A stretch of DNA of 64,000 bases from Oopsacas minuta (taxonomy: Eukaryota > Animalia > Porifera), in NCBI GenBank assembly GCA_024704765.1, contig JAKMXF010000300.1, positions 124,001 to 188,000 on the forward strand. Reading direction: 5' to 3'. The stretch's first letter is position 1, and each line of letters begins with the position of its first letter. The position numbers were made by a program, and so were the translations under genes. Under the pieces are notes generated by a model. That model saw only the letters and a program-made list of their open reading frames with translations, did not search any database and had not been told where the DNA came from. Below, piece by piece: positions 31,237-42,540 of this stretch.

Positions 31237-34200
31237 ATGGAATATTATTCAGGAGAGACAGATAATGAACCATTCAATTTCTTTACAACCAAACCTCCCG
31301 AGAAAGGAAAGAGGCTATTTTTGTACCAGAATGGACATAATAAAATGTTTAAAACTTTCGTTTACAACAGTAGAAATGTGAGAGATTTCAGTTCTTTCTT
31401 AAATCAGGTTACATATGCAGTTGATGCACCTGCAGCTGTACGTAATATATACACACCACATGAAGGCCATCGAGTTAAGAACTTAGATAATTTGAAAGAT
31501 GGCGCGAGTTATGTTGTTGGTGGTAAGGAAGGTTTTAAGCAAGTTAGGTTAGTATTCAATAAATTGAATCAGGTTTCTATGGGGCCACTGTCATGTTAGT
31601 TGGTAACTTGTTTCAGCTCCTCCGCCCGCATCAAGTTTACCTGCCGCGTGAATATTGTCATTATTTCACCATTTTCTCAGTGAAATTCAACTACACATAT
31701 ATTTTCTAACAGGTGAATAGTAGTGATTTTATCTTCACAGATCGAAGTAGATTAAACGAAAAATTTCCATGAATTGGCCACTTTGTATTATGAAAATGTG
31801 TAGCTGAAACGAGTTTCTCATTAACAGGGGCCTAATTGTATTTAGTATTTACAATATTTCTTATAGCTATGGAATGGGACATAGTGTGAGGAATATATCA
31901 CTCAGAAAATCACTGGATACCAAGGTAATATACTTTATACAATAAATATACACAGAATATTTTCATTTATATATTCCTATAGAGTTTAGTATTACCTCCA
32001 CTACCACCTTTACCAAAGCAAATAATTGCTCAAGCTAGATTCCTAGACAATACAAATAGACCTATTGTGATCACGTAAGTAATTTATAATGTATGTCCTA
32101 TAACATTCAAGGTATAAATAGTAATTCTGCCAAATGTATCTGTACATTCTTTGAGTATTATGTTAAGCTTGTCAGCTGCTCCTAGAATAAGCCCAAATTG
32201 GGCTTGTTGTAGCTCAGAATTGTCATTCATGTGTGTTACTATTGATATTCCTTTTCCCATGATTTCTATGCTAACCAAACCGGCAGAAAATCCTCCTTGG
32301 AATTTTATTTCTATTACTTCTATTCTGACGTCCTCTTTAAATTGGAATGAAATTGATTGAAATTTCCCTTGTTCAGAATTCCAACATGTTTCTTCGTTTC
32401 CATCTAGTAAATGCTGTTTTCCAAACTGTTTCACATCTTTGTTCAAGACTGAACTTACTCTTATTTTCGCTATCAAATAATTAATATTACTTTCTTGAGC
32501 TAATAATCCTGATCCTGCTGTTGCCATTTGAATAAATATTCTCTAATTAGATGTGTAGATAATATCTATGGATTATTTCATTATATATTGGTTGTTCATA
32601 ATTGTATAATGCAATTACACTATAAATGCAATATTCGATGCGGACACTAGCCGTAACAGGGGTTGTTCTTGTTTGCAAGTTTTAACAAATTTACATGTGT
32701 GTGGACAGCCAATCGCCCAATATCTTATCATACACACTTTTCTAAGGTGATAATTAAACAACTTTAGGAGCATATTGCTTCTTTTGGCGAATTCATTCCA
32801 ATGATGTTTATTTGTAACAACTTCATAAGTCTATTGTTTATTTGCTATTCAATTATATAGACAATGTATTGTGTACGTAAGTCAGGTAAATTGCCCATCA
32901 CCATTCATACAAATATTACGCCTAAACAAATAAAAGTAGGAATCCTGTTCATGTAGGTATAATGACATCTTTCAATAAATAGCCAAACTGTTGTATTGTA
33001 TAGTCCATAATACTATATTTACTTTTGCATTTCTTCTTAAAATATTTCAAAATGGAGCTTTCATTACATATGGTCGCGGTTTTTCATGTAATTACAAGTG
33101 TATGTGGATTCGTTATTGGTACTTGTGTCTTGACGTATGCTCTCGTCAACTTGGCAACTTTCATCGAGCTAGGACTCATCGTATTCGGCTCATATTTCAT
33201 TTTTATAAGTATAGTATATTTCTTGTTATTTTCAATGAGTTACTTGTGTGATTCATGTTCATTGAGAACTTTAAAGTGGATCTGGTATTCTTATTCTCTC
33301 TTCACTCTATTTGTGATCATTCTAGACACCGTTACTGTTTTCTATCTGTTTATATCTGTTTGTTTGGGTGCAAACGTTAGCTCGCTTCTAGTTTGTTCGC
33401 TACTACTCTTGGCATATATAATTGTGAAGATAATTCTTTGTTGTTTCCAAATTAAATCATTGAGTGTTTCCGCTAAAACAGAACCTGCAGTACGAATTAA
33501 TGCAGAAACAGAACCCCCCTCTTATATTGAAGTTTGTCCAGAACTTGTAAACACTCTTCCTCCATCTTATCGTGATGTTATTGTTGACGTAGAATCTAAT
33601 AAACAGACTTGTGATGAAGTTTGAATCGTTGAGCGCGAACTCAACCAAAATCTCTAAATTAAATTCTATATTTTCTTATTCAGCTCCGCTATTGTGTTGT
33701 TTTATTATAGGAGTTTCATTATATTTTCACTTTATTTTCTTACAACTTATATTAACATATTTAGGAATAAATAAAGTTATTGGTTTATTATTATATAAGA
33801 ATTTGTTAATGTTATTCTGAATTGAGGAGGGAAGTATGTTGTTTGTGTCCAAATAATAATTTAGCTAACGCCTGAATTATATACGCTATGCATTAACAAA
33901 TTTGCTTTGTTATGATGGGCTTAAGAATTGCTAGATGGCAAAAATGTGAAGCAAACACGCCAAAGCTCATAATATACGTACAATTTCAATCCTCAAATTC
34001 TATTTTTTTGGAAATATTTTGTTTATTATAGTGTCTATCGTAATGGTGAACTACAGCAAAAAGGAAGTAAGATTCTATTGACACAGAGAGAATTGACTTC
34101 ATGGGAACGAGTTAGTAGTTATTGAATAATTATTTTGAGATATTTATTCCCATCTTTTTAGGTTTTGGAAATTATAACTGATAAGTCTGGCCTATTTTCA

Positions 34201-37200
34201 TCTGCTAAAAAGTATGTCTAATTCGCGTCTACACTTATAATAATATTTATTATTTATATTTATTCCACAGAGTATATACAACTGAAGGGAAAAGGATTAA
34301 ATTATTGGCAGACTTTGTGCATCAAGGAAAATATGTTGCAGTAGAGCCTAATAGGTAATATTATTGATTTTCACAAATATTTGGCTTCAAAATACAGTGA
34401 AACCTCGTCAATACGAACAACCATCCGACGGTCAAATTTGTTCGCTTTATCCAGAGAAATACCAATTGAATAATCATGTTAGGACCTGATTTTGTTGTCT
34501 TATCTGGAAATTCTTATTAGCCGTGTTTGTATTCACGAGGGCCGACTGTACGTGTCATTTCAATGTGTATCGAAACTTATCATCCTCAGGATTATACGTA
34601 TAAATGAGACCTTCCATAACTATGAATTTTGGCTTAAGAAATAATCCCTTGTGGATAAAATTAGTGATGTCAGGTAACCTGAGCTACTCACTACAAATAT
34701 GACTATACTGAGATTATCTATCTTGATAAGATATTAGATTAAAATATTTACTGATTATATTCTATGTCTCAATCTCAACATATTAAAGTTTTAATTGTGG
34801 GTGGACATCGAGTTGGTAAAACTACACTATTTTGTCAGCTTGTCCGAGGACAAAGCTTCCCTGGAGGCAATGACTCATTAAAACAATCAAGCGAGTACAT
34901 TATACTCAATGGTAATTTGCATATAGAAATACATGATTGTCTAGTTTCATCCCCTAAGTCATTGATAACGCAAACATGGCGAAATGTGAATGCAATTATA
35001 TACATGTTCTCATATGAAGATCTGAGATCGCTACATGAAGTTTCGGTTTGGTTTCGTCACGTAAAGGAGCTGCTGTGTGACGGACTTGTCCACCAAATTA
35101 TCGTCGGAAACAAAGTAGATTTGGCTAAGATTTCGGAGGAGGAATCCTTCGATTCCACACTAAAGACGCTTTGTAAGGAATTGAGTGTAACAGATCAAGA
35201 TAAATTTTCTGTAACAGCTACTACAGGTGACGGAATCGATGCAATTAAAGCTAGAATTGGTGAAAAGTTTCGTGAATATGTTACTCGGGGTCCCTTTCCT
35301 GATTCCTTATGTATTGTCCCACGTCAAACCCATTCAGGCTGTATGTGTATTAACTAGAATACTCTGATTTGGTATAATTTATATGTGATTACAATTCTAT
35401 TGTATTGATGCTAGGAATATATTATTAAGCTCTTTCTATTCGCATCGGATACGGATGGAAGAGTTCTTATAATCCATCTCAATATTTTGTAATTAGTAAA
35501 GTAGAACTCAGAATAATTACGTCATATCTGAGTAGATATTGTGTTAAAATGAATGGGAACTAAAATTTGGTGTGAGAGAAGGAGTGTACGTCTTATCCGA
35601 ATTATACCATATTACTTGTATTATTACAATTATGATTGCAATAACAGTTGCAGTAGAAACTCGTTTCCATTACACCTAAAAGTATTGAAATTATTACTAA
35701 TTCCTCTGGAGAAGAAGTAAAGTTTTTGACATATTCCCTGGTGTGCTTACTAGTAGTTCCTACTGACATTCCCGTGTTACATTTTATTACATTAAGTGTT
35801 GTATTCACAATCTAAAGTTAATAAGAACTACGTACTATCATAATGAAATGGGAAATGGTACATGGAACCTGATATTTGGTTCCATGTGATAAGATGTTTG
35901 GGGAATATCTAATGATGAATTTTCCTAATATTGATACCTACTTATGATAATAACTAGAATGTTGACGGGGTAACGAGGTTCTTACTGGAATTTACTAACT
36001 CCAGTAGAACCTCGAATTCACACATTTCAACGAGTTTGGAAATATCCACATTTTATTGTCCTAAGATAGTAATTAGAGCAAGCATATTTGTAGTTAATTT
36101 ATACAACAATATGCATCATCAGTCTTAGTACCAACAGGTTTATCAATTGGTAGACGATCTTTTACTCTTGGTCGTTTGTTTATGTAATCTTGACCTATTT
36201 CGTTAATCATTTCTGGAATACCTTCTCCCGTAGTTCCAGATACTTTAAAATTGTGTTTGCTTTCTATCAAAGGTTTTATTCTAGCAATACTATCATTAAT
36301 GCCATCTTCAGGTGGAACTAGGTCGCATTTATTCCCTACTAGACAGTTTATAACGCTAGACTCATGTGAGATATTCTTGTATATTGATTGATACCATTTA
36401 CCCATCTCCTCAACCGAGCTTTTGCGGTCCAATGAATACACGCACAATACTATGTCTAGGTTGCGACAAAGCGTAGTGTTAATTGAAGTGGGTGTGGCAC
36501 TGATAGTGTCACGTACTTGGATGTTAATCTGTTGACCCTGTGCTGTCCAAGAAGCTAGACCAGTATCCTCAGAAATTGGGTATAGAGAGCGAGGGGCTTG
36601 CGAACGATACATAATCTGGTTAAATATTACTGTCTTCCCGACAGATTTCCCTCCAATAATTAGTATATTACAAGTAGACATCGTCCAATGAGTATTTTAT
36701 CTTGTTAATATTGCCTAATGAGACTTTATCTTAATTTACATATCCAATTGATTCTATCGTATTTATATTATATAATTACAGATGATGTATTCAAAATTAA
36801 TAATCTCACTTCTGTCCGCCATAAATATGTCCTTGGAAATAACTAGAAATATCCAAACAGTATATTTTGTAAATGCTAATAGTTCTCAAGCAATGGTACA
36901 ATTAACTTTTATTATTTTTCAGTATTTTCCAGGAATTTCTGTATGTTCTTCCCCTTGAAACAATACTAATAATCATTTAATTCGGTAGACATAATATTTC
37001 ATTCCTCCCTAATTTGTATTTTACTAATTTAATCTCATCGACACGTGTTTTGATTAAATTTGTATACATCATCTTTTGGGGATAAGATATATAAATGAAG
37101 GAATATTCAGTTTTACATTAAAATAGCTTGAACTCTGATAGACAATGTCTAATTGTAATATACTAATCGTTGGAGGAAAATCTGTCGGGAAGACAGTAAT

Positions 37201-40200
37201 ATTTAACCAGATTACGTATCGTTCAACAACACCTCGCTTTCTCTACCCAATTTCTGAGGATACTGGTATAGCTTCTTGGACAGCACAGGGTCAACAGATT
37301 AACATCCAAGTACGTGACACTATCAGTGCCACACCCACTTCAATAAATGCTACACTATGCCGCAACCTTGACATAATATTATTTGTGTATTCGTTAGATA
37401 GAAAAAGCTCAGTTGAGGAGCTGGGTGAATGGCACGATTTAATATACAGGTTTATCCCACCTGACGTCATCAGCTGTTTAGTAGGCAATAAATGTGATCT
37501 AGTTACATCTGATGAAGGTTTCAATGATAGTATTGTTAGAATAAAACCTATCATTGGAAGCAAACACAATTTTAAGGTATCGGCTGTTACGGGAGAGGGT
37601 ATTCCGCAGATGGTTGAAAAAATAGCGCGTGATTACTTGACGAAACAACCAAGACAGCCTACTGGTGGTGTAATAGTCGGGGGAATACGTACCCCTCCTG
37701 GTGATGCATATTGTTGTATTAATTAATTATTTGGTTTATTTATTTCTCTCATTTGTGTATACTCATAATATTGTTTGAATGTTATAATTTCATTTATATG
37801 CCAACACTAAAATTCATTGAGCAATCTTTCATATACATTCAATATGCTGTTATGCTAATTCTAATAAAGAAACAGCATTTCTTCCTTGCCAAGGAAATTC
37901 CCTAAAATAGTATAGAGCATTTCTATTAGCAGTAATTACTGTTACAAACGAATAAAGTAATTTGATCTAGTTAATGCATTACTTTACATGGGACTATTTC
38001 ACAGACACTTTAAGAAGCTTCCTTATGGTGCTATTGAGTTACTAGCAGGGCAATCTCCTCTAAAAATCTCGCGGTGAGTTATAATTATTTCCAGAACTTG
38101 TTGCTTTGTGTATTTACATGAATTGTCTGTTATGTTCTATACTCTCGTGGTGTATGTATACTGAGTAAGATTTGTATTAGCATCCCCCAAGTATGATATA
38201 ACATTACTCAAGATATTTTTAATAATCCAGTACTATACTCTCCAGGCAATTCCTAATATTCCATCAGCTTTAAATTATTCTAGTCATTATATTTGACCAC
38301 ATTTACACCTAACTGTAAATATTAGATCAAATCCATATTCATATTCACTTTTGAGATAAGCAATGTTTAGACGGAGTTTAATGTAATTTTAAGTGCATTT
38401 TTCGGTCATTTTGCCTCTTTCTAATTATGCAGGTGTTTTGATAGTGGGGCAATCCTATTAGCAATTCGCTTATTAGCAATTTGCTTTTGGGCAAGTTTTA
38501 CCTGCAAAATTCTGATATCCGAAACATGATTTTACAATTTTAATTGACTGTATATTATTTCTTAAGACCAATTGGGAGTCATCCTGTTCTAATGAGGAGA
38601 AAACGAATTGTTTACAGACCAAATGTAAAGAGTGAAGCTAGTCTATCTAATGTTATAACAACTCTACCCCAACAAGCTCCTCTCACTCTACAACCTATTG
38701 TACGTAAGATAATTACATCTTATATCAGTGTTTTAATTATATTTTCTCTGTAATTTTCTAGGATAATCCTGATAGAAAAATCAAGAAAATTAGCGTTTCT
38801 AAACAGAGACCTCTTGGGGGAAGAAGAGATAAGGAAAAAAGAGAACTAGAAAAATTCAAATTTAAAGTTAGAGAGGTAATATCGCAATATTCAAAGCTAT
38901 TTACATTGTGCAATTCTCGTATGTTCTAATTTTATTCTTTTCCAATTTCACCTAAATCTGAATCAATTAGTAAGCATGAAATATTATGAAATATTCTATT
39001 GTATATTTACTTTTGCATATATAAATAATTGTGTGATTTGTTGTGTCAGAATTGATATTATATAACAAACCATTTGGTAACTGTTTATTAGATTTGCCCA
39101 ATTTACTACATAACACACTACTACGGTATTGAGCTTTTCTTCTGTGGCCCTTTCAGCAAAATAACCCGATATCTTCACTATTTCTATTAATTAATGGTTA
39201 AATATTTCAATTTTTTTTAGGACTCAGCATTTGCCCCAAGCAGTGCTACACTTCCTCAAGTAGATCGCACCGTAAACTCACCAGATGAACAAGAGGGTGT
39301 AATCTATCCTTCTAATAATTTAGAAGAAACTCAACATACTTCTGTGCCCAAACAAGATAGTGTAATAAAGGCAGAGACATACTATCCATTAGCTGAGGGA
39401 GAAGTTGAAGATGCTCCTGGTAAGTTATTGTTTGTATTTATAATTTTCTAGAATAGTTTTCCCCATAGTTCGTATAGAATAAACTTTTCCACGATTGAAA
39501 GATTTTGATTCCTAGATCTTTTAATTTTATGCGCGTCTCGAAAATATGTTTATTCGCCCAGAACATGGAGCCTAAACTACGTCTAATAAACTGTATTAAA
39601 TGAACAACTTTGCAATAAACGTGTAGCCAGGGCAAAATTGATCCTGTGCTAATTTAAGCCTCAGGGTCGGCGCTTTGTGTCCTTCATGTCTGATGAACTG
39701 GCACTCTTGATCCCCGCCAAGCACCTAGATAAATCCCTGCGTGTAGCCTAGAAATTCAACATATCTTCTCATGCAATAGTCAACAATATTTCACGTGATT
39801 GTCGCATACAAGAAAGTTCACCATATAAGGTGTACCAACTAGTAGAAATAACGTCAGATCTAATTTACAGCTAATCTTACTATATTCATTAATCCTTACA
39901 AACGATCCCATTGCTAAACTGTGCACTAAACTCTATACACTGTTTTGTAGAGGTTATTCCTCACAGGTCATGTTATTTTAATCATTACATATACAGTATT
40001 TTATTACTTAATATCCAACAGTTGAACTAATAGTGAGAAAGACGTTACTGTGTATTATTGTAGATACTTTCACTTTCAAACATTCCTTGTTTGGAATTTG
40101 AATATTCTCCATAATTTAGGAATAAACAATTATTAATAATTGAAAACTGCTTTCAATGCTTACATTTACAGTTTCCATTTTGAAAGTTTTGTAAGGTTAT

Positions 40201-41591
40201 TTGATTCAATTGCTAGGATTGGTTACAGAAAAGCCTGTGGACTTGCTACCAACAGAGGAAGTACATGAAGAGTCTGTAGACTCTGTACAACCACGAATAC
40301 AGGTATACTACATGAAATGCACAAGGTTATACTCCCTCAATATACAGTGGAGTTTGTTTATTAGCAATAGAGGTTTGGTTCACAAACAGTTGTTAATAGG
40401 GGAAAATTACAAAATATACGCTTTGGACCTGAAAAATAATTAACAAATATTGATACAATGAATACTCGTTATAACTATGTAAGTGCTTGGAATCAAGGTT
40501 CATTCGTTGTAAACAGAGTAAAGCTATATGTGGTATTTGTTATAAGGGAGTTTACTGTATTAAGCGAGATTCTAATAACTGAACCTTCTGTATACGTATC
40601 ATATTTATATGAACTTTGAACTTTAGACTCAACAGAACGACTTACCAACAGCTGATCACAGTATAACTGAAACGTCAATACCAGTTGATCAAGTAGATGT
40701 ACAGCCTCATGTATCTAGCATAGAACCTAACATTCCTGATCCACAACGCGAATCAACTCAAATTGAAGATAATTCCCTGAATGTCACAGATCTTCAAGAC
40801 CAACCAAAAATTGCCGTTACTAATGAAGATAATCAGGTGATTGCTGCGGATAGCACTGAAGCAGATAATGGTGTAACTTTTGACAAGAGTGATACTTCTG
40901 TGACAGATAATATTCCTGTTATTACTAATACTAATCAAACACAGTTGGAAACAGCTAAGGGAATTTGTATCAATGATGCTATTACGCATCAACAGTTGAA
41001 ACAGTTGGAGAGAGACACGGAAGAACATTTGCGGGCAAATGAAAATAATGTAAGCCAGGGCACGGGGGACGAAACTAAGGGAGCACATGGAGAGGGGAAC
41101 AATTCCGCGAATGTAAGTTCTAAATAATTAACTCTTCTTAATTCAATATTTATTTCACTGAGTTGTACGGTAATACAGTATTGATAGCATGCCCTGCAAA
41201 TTCTGCTGATAATAAAGTAATTAGTATACCTAACAGTATTTTTAGAAATTACAACTCACCATTTTGATAATAATGTAAGACTTTTGATTCCTGGAAAGTA
41301 CAAAAATTTATATTGAAAGTAAAACTGGACTTTTCAATCAGATACTAATGTTAATCCCTATATATTTCTATGATCTAAGGTTTATTGTACTTTTGTATTG
41401 TAGAAAATCATTTTGGAAATCTTTTCGGAATCCTTTCAATTGTGTGTATAATTCTAATAATCTATAATACGTTTATTTCCAAATTTCAAACAATAAACTT
41501 TCAATCACGAGGTGACCTTACAAATTTAATTATATATATTTATATGAATAATTATGTTAGCTAACCTCTCCTTTAGAATGGATCTACATGA
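31237..41591 (+). CDS. Doublecortin domain-containing protein (DCDC2-like), 13 exons: 31237-31547, 31867-31924, 31983-32074, 34032-34110, 34162-34211, 34271-34354, 38005-38073, 38567-38699, 38762-38875, 39221-39419, 40217-40302, 40627-41112, 41577-41591; ~591 aa
   Basis: Phase-consistent GT-AG chain (1776 nt). DCX1 (LYQNG...VRNIYTP...YVVGGKEGFKQVSY), linker ARFLDNTNRPIVI, DCX2 (VYRNG...VLEIITDK...KVYTTEG...YVAVEPNRHFKKLPY), C-terminal EKPVDLLPTEEVHEE similar to the DCDC2 EVPVDQRPAE motif. The last exon is less certain. Confidence 0.85.
32084..32527 (-). CDS. NR2C2AP: Nuclear receptor 2C2-associated protein (TRA16), intronless, nested antisense in DCDC2-like intron 3
   Basis: RVSSVLNKDVKQFGKQHLLDGNEETCWNSEQG, FQGGFSAG, DTFGRITIYTLNVIG. 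Confidence 0.9.
   Translation of the reverse strand: MATAGSGLLAQESNINYLIAKIRVSSVLNKDVKQFGKQHLLDGNEETCWNSEQGKFQSISFQFKEDVRIEVIEIKFQGGFSAGLVSIEIMGKGISIVTHMNDNSELQQAQFGLILGAADKLNIILKECTDTFGRITIYTLNVIGHTL
33052..33624 (+). CDS. Uncharacterised 4TM protein with two C-terminal PPxY motifs, nested same-strand in DCDC2-like intron 3
   Basis: First ATG at 33052; four hydrophobic segments; tail EPPSYIEV and LPPSYRDV. Confidence 0.75.
   Translation: MELSLHMVAVFHVITSVCGFVIGTCVLTYALVNLATFIELGLIVFGSYFIFISIVYFLLFSMSYLCDSCSLRTLKWIWYSYSLFTLFVIILDTVTVFYLFISVCLGANVSSLLVCSLLLLAYIIVKIILCCFQIKSLSVSAKTEPAVRINAETEPPSYIEVCPELVNTLPPSYRDVIVDVESNKQTCDEV
34395..34548. mobile_element. TA-flanked MITE
   Basis: ta|cagtgaaacctcgtcaatacgaaca ... 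tgtttgtattcacgagggccgactg|ta. Confidence 0.65.
34764..35357 (+). CDS. Atypical Ras-superfamily small GTPase 1, intronless, nested in DCDC2-like intron 6
   Basis: G1 GGHRVGKT, G4 NKVD, G5-like VTA; G3 reads HDCLV; C-terminus CMCIN. Confidence 0.85.
   Translation: MSQSQHIKVLIVGGHRVGKTTLFCQLVRGQSFPGGNDSLKQSSEYIILNGNLHIEIHDCLVSSPKSLITQTWRNVNAIIYMFSYEDLRSLHEVSVWFRHVKELLCDGLVHQIIVGNKVDLAKISEEESFDSTLKTLCKELSVTDQDKFSVTATTGDGIDAIKARIGEKFREYVTRGPFPDSLCIVPRQTHSGCMCIN
35500..35605. mobile_element. Degenerate MITE (family E)
   Basis: Similar to 22829-22972 by eye. Confidence 0.4.
36094..36681 (-). CDS. Atypical Ras-superfamily small GTPase 2, intronless, nested in DCDC2-like intron 6
   Basis: G1 GGKSVGKT, G4 NKCD, G5-like VSG; G3 RDTISA; C-terminus YCCIN. 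Confidence 0.85.
   Translation of the reverse strand: MSTCNILIIGGKSVGKTVIFNQIMYRSQAPRSLYPISEDTGLASWTAQGQQINIQVRDTISATPTSINTTLCRNLDIVLCVYSLDRKSSVEEMGKWYQSIYKNISHESSVINCLVGNKCDLVPPEDGINDSIARIKPLIESKHNFKVSGTTGEGIPEMINEIGQDYINKRPRVKDRLPIDKPVGTKTDDAYCCIN
37145..37726 (+). CDS. Atypical Ras-superfamily small GTPase 3 (close paralog of GTPase 2), nested in DCDC2-like intron 6
   Basis: G1 GGKSVGKT, G4 NKCD, G5-like VSA; G3 RDTISA; C-terminus YCCIN. Confidence 0.85.
   Translation: MSNCNILIVGGKSVGKTVIFNQITYRSTTPRFLYPISEDTGIASWTAQGQQINIQVRDTISATPTSINATLCRNLDIILFVYSLDRKSSVEELGEWHDLIYRFIPPDVISCLVGNKCDLVTSDEGFNDSIVRIKPIIGSKHNFKVSAVTGEGIPQMVEKIARDYLTKQPRQPTGGVIVGGIRTPPGDAYCCIN
39628..39739. mobile_element. 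hAT-type MITE with a perfect 8-bp TSD, in DCDC2-like intron 10
   Basis: CGTGTAGC|CAGGG ... CCCTG|CGTGTAGC; shares tgtgtccttcat..ctg..gaactgg...ccaagcacctagataaa with 25917-26050. Confidence 0.85.
40345..40557. mobile_element. One or two adjacent TA-flanked MITE remnants in DCDC2-like intron 11
   Basis: ta|cagtgg... at 40345; tacaatgaatactcgttataac near 40455; right end ttataagggagtttactg|ta. Confidence 0.45.
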
Positions 41592-42138
41592 GTTCAATAT
41601 AACCACACAACAACCTTATCTCTTACGCAGCAAAGTACTCCACTTTTCTTAACTATCCTATTACCAATATAATATATCTCAATAATGTACTGACTGTATT
41701 TATGCTTATGTCTTCTGAACTTTTACTCTTGGCCAATTCTTCACTTTACTTTCTACTTGTGCACAGCCATTGTATATTACTTGTACGCACGTGTTTATAG
41801 TAGACATAACCAAGTTCGTTGGAAAATGGCAGAGAATTACTTATGCGGTAAGGCAGATACCTGATTATCTATATTGGTTTTAACTAAGGAATTCCATTTA
41901 TTAATTATTTTCTCTGCTACATGTCAATAATAATATCAACCCCATCATGAATGAAATTATTCAAAAATTGCTGGATTTATCAATTTAAGATTTTACGCTC
42001 CCTGGAATGAGAATGGTTATGAAAAATCCTGGGACCGTCCCTGAATTCTATTACATTAATTATTATCCAAGATATTCATCCTCTATTAGTTATTTCCTCT
42101 AAATATATAACCCTGATTAAAGCAACATAATATACAAA

Positions 42139-42540
42139 ATGCCTCTACTGAGGTTATTCACTTCTCTCGCTCGTAAATCTATCCCAGAATCCTTTCCATT
42201 GATTCTATGCAAAACAGTAGCAGACACTCTTGGCAAGCCATTGGCTAGATGTGATGTAGCAATTATACCAGACTGTATAATGACATTAGGTGGTGTTAGT
42301 AGTCAGCCACAAGCTCAAGTGTATCTAACTAGCATAGGGAGTCAGAGTGAAGTTGAAAATGCCAAACACTGTTCTAAGCTTAGTACTCTAGTGTCTGAAA
42401 ATCTGAAAATACCTCTGGGGTGCATTGGGATACAATTTACTGAGGTGAAGTCACATGAAGTTGGGAGAGGGGGGAAAATCTATACAAAGATAATTGCAGA
42501 AACTCCTCCTAGTGGTGTGATGAGTAAATTCGTGTGTTAG
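42139..42540 (+). CDS. MIF / D-dopachrome tautomerase family protein
   Basis: Begins MP (catalytic Pro-1), ADTLGKP, MTLGG, LTSIG, IGIQF..V..HEVGRGG; 133 aa. Confidence 0.85.
   Translation: MPLLRLFTSLARKSIPESFPLILCKTVADTLGKPLARCDVAIIPDCIMTLGGVSSQPQAQVYLTSIGSQSEVENAKHCSKLSTLVSENLKIPLGCIGIQFTEVKSHEVGRGGKIYTKIIAETPPSGVMSKFVC

Noticed and set aside
35602-35808. 68-aa minus ORF between the GTPases as another nested gene
   Set aside because: Short, contains a MITE-like end (cagtagaaactcg) and has no family signal.
35974-36014. Imperfect hairpin CGAGGTTC(T)TACTGGA/TCCAGTAGAACCTCG downstream of GTPase 2
   Set aside because: The arms resemble back-to-back TA-MITE termini (CAGTAGAACCTCG), so a functional RNA is not needed to explain it.
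40837-41127. Stand-alone 96-aa gene
   Set aside because: It is part of DCDC2-like exon 12 (40627-41112) reading into the intron.
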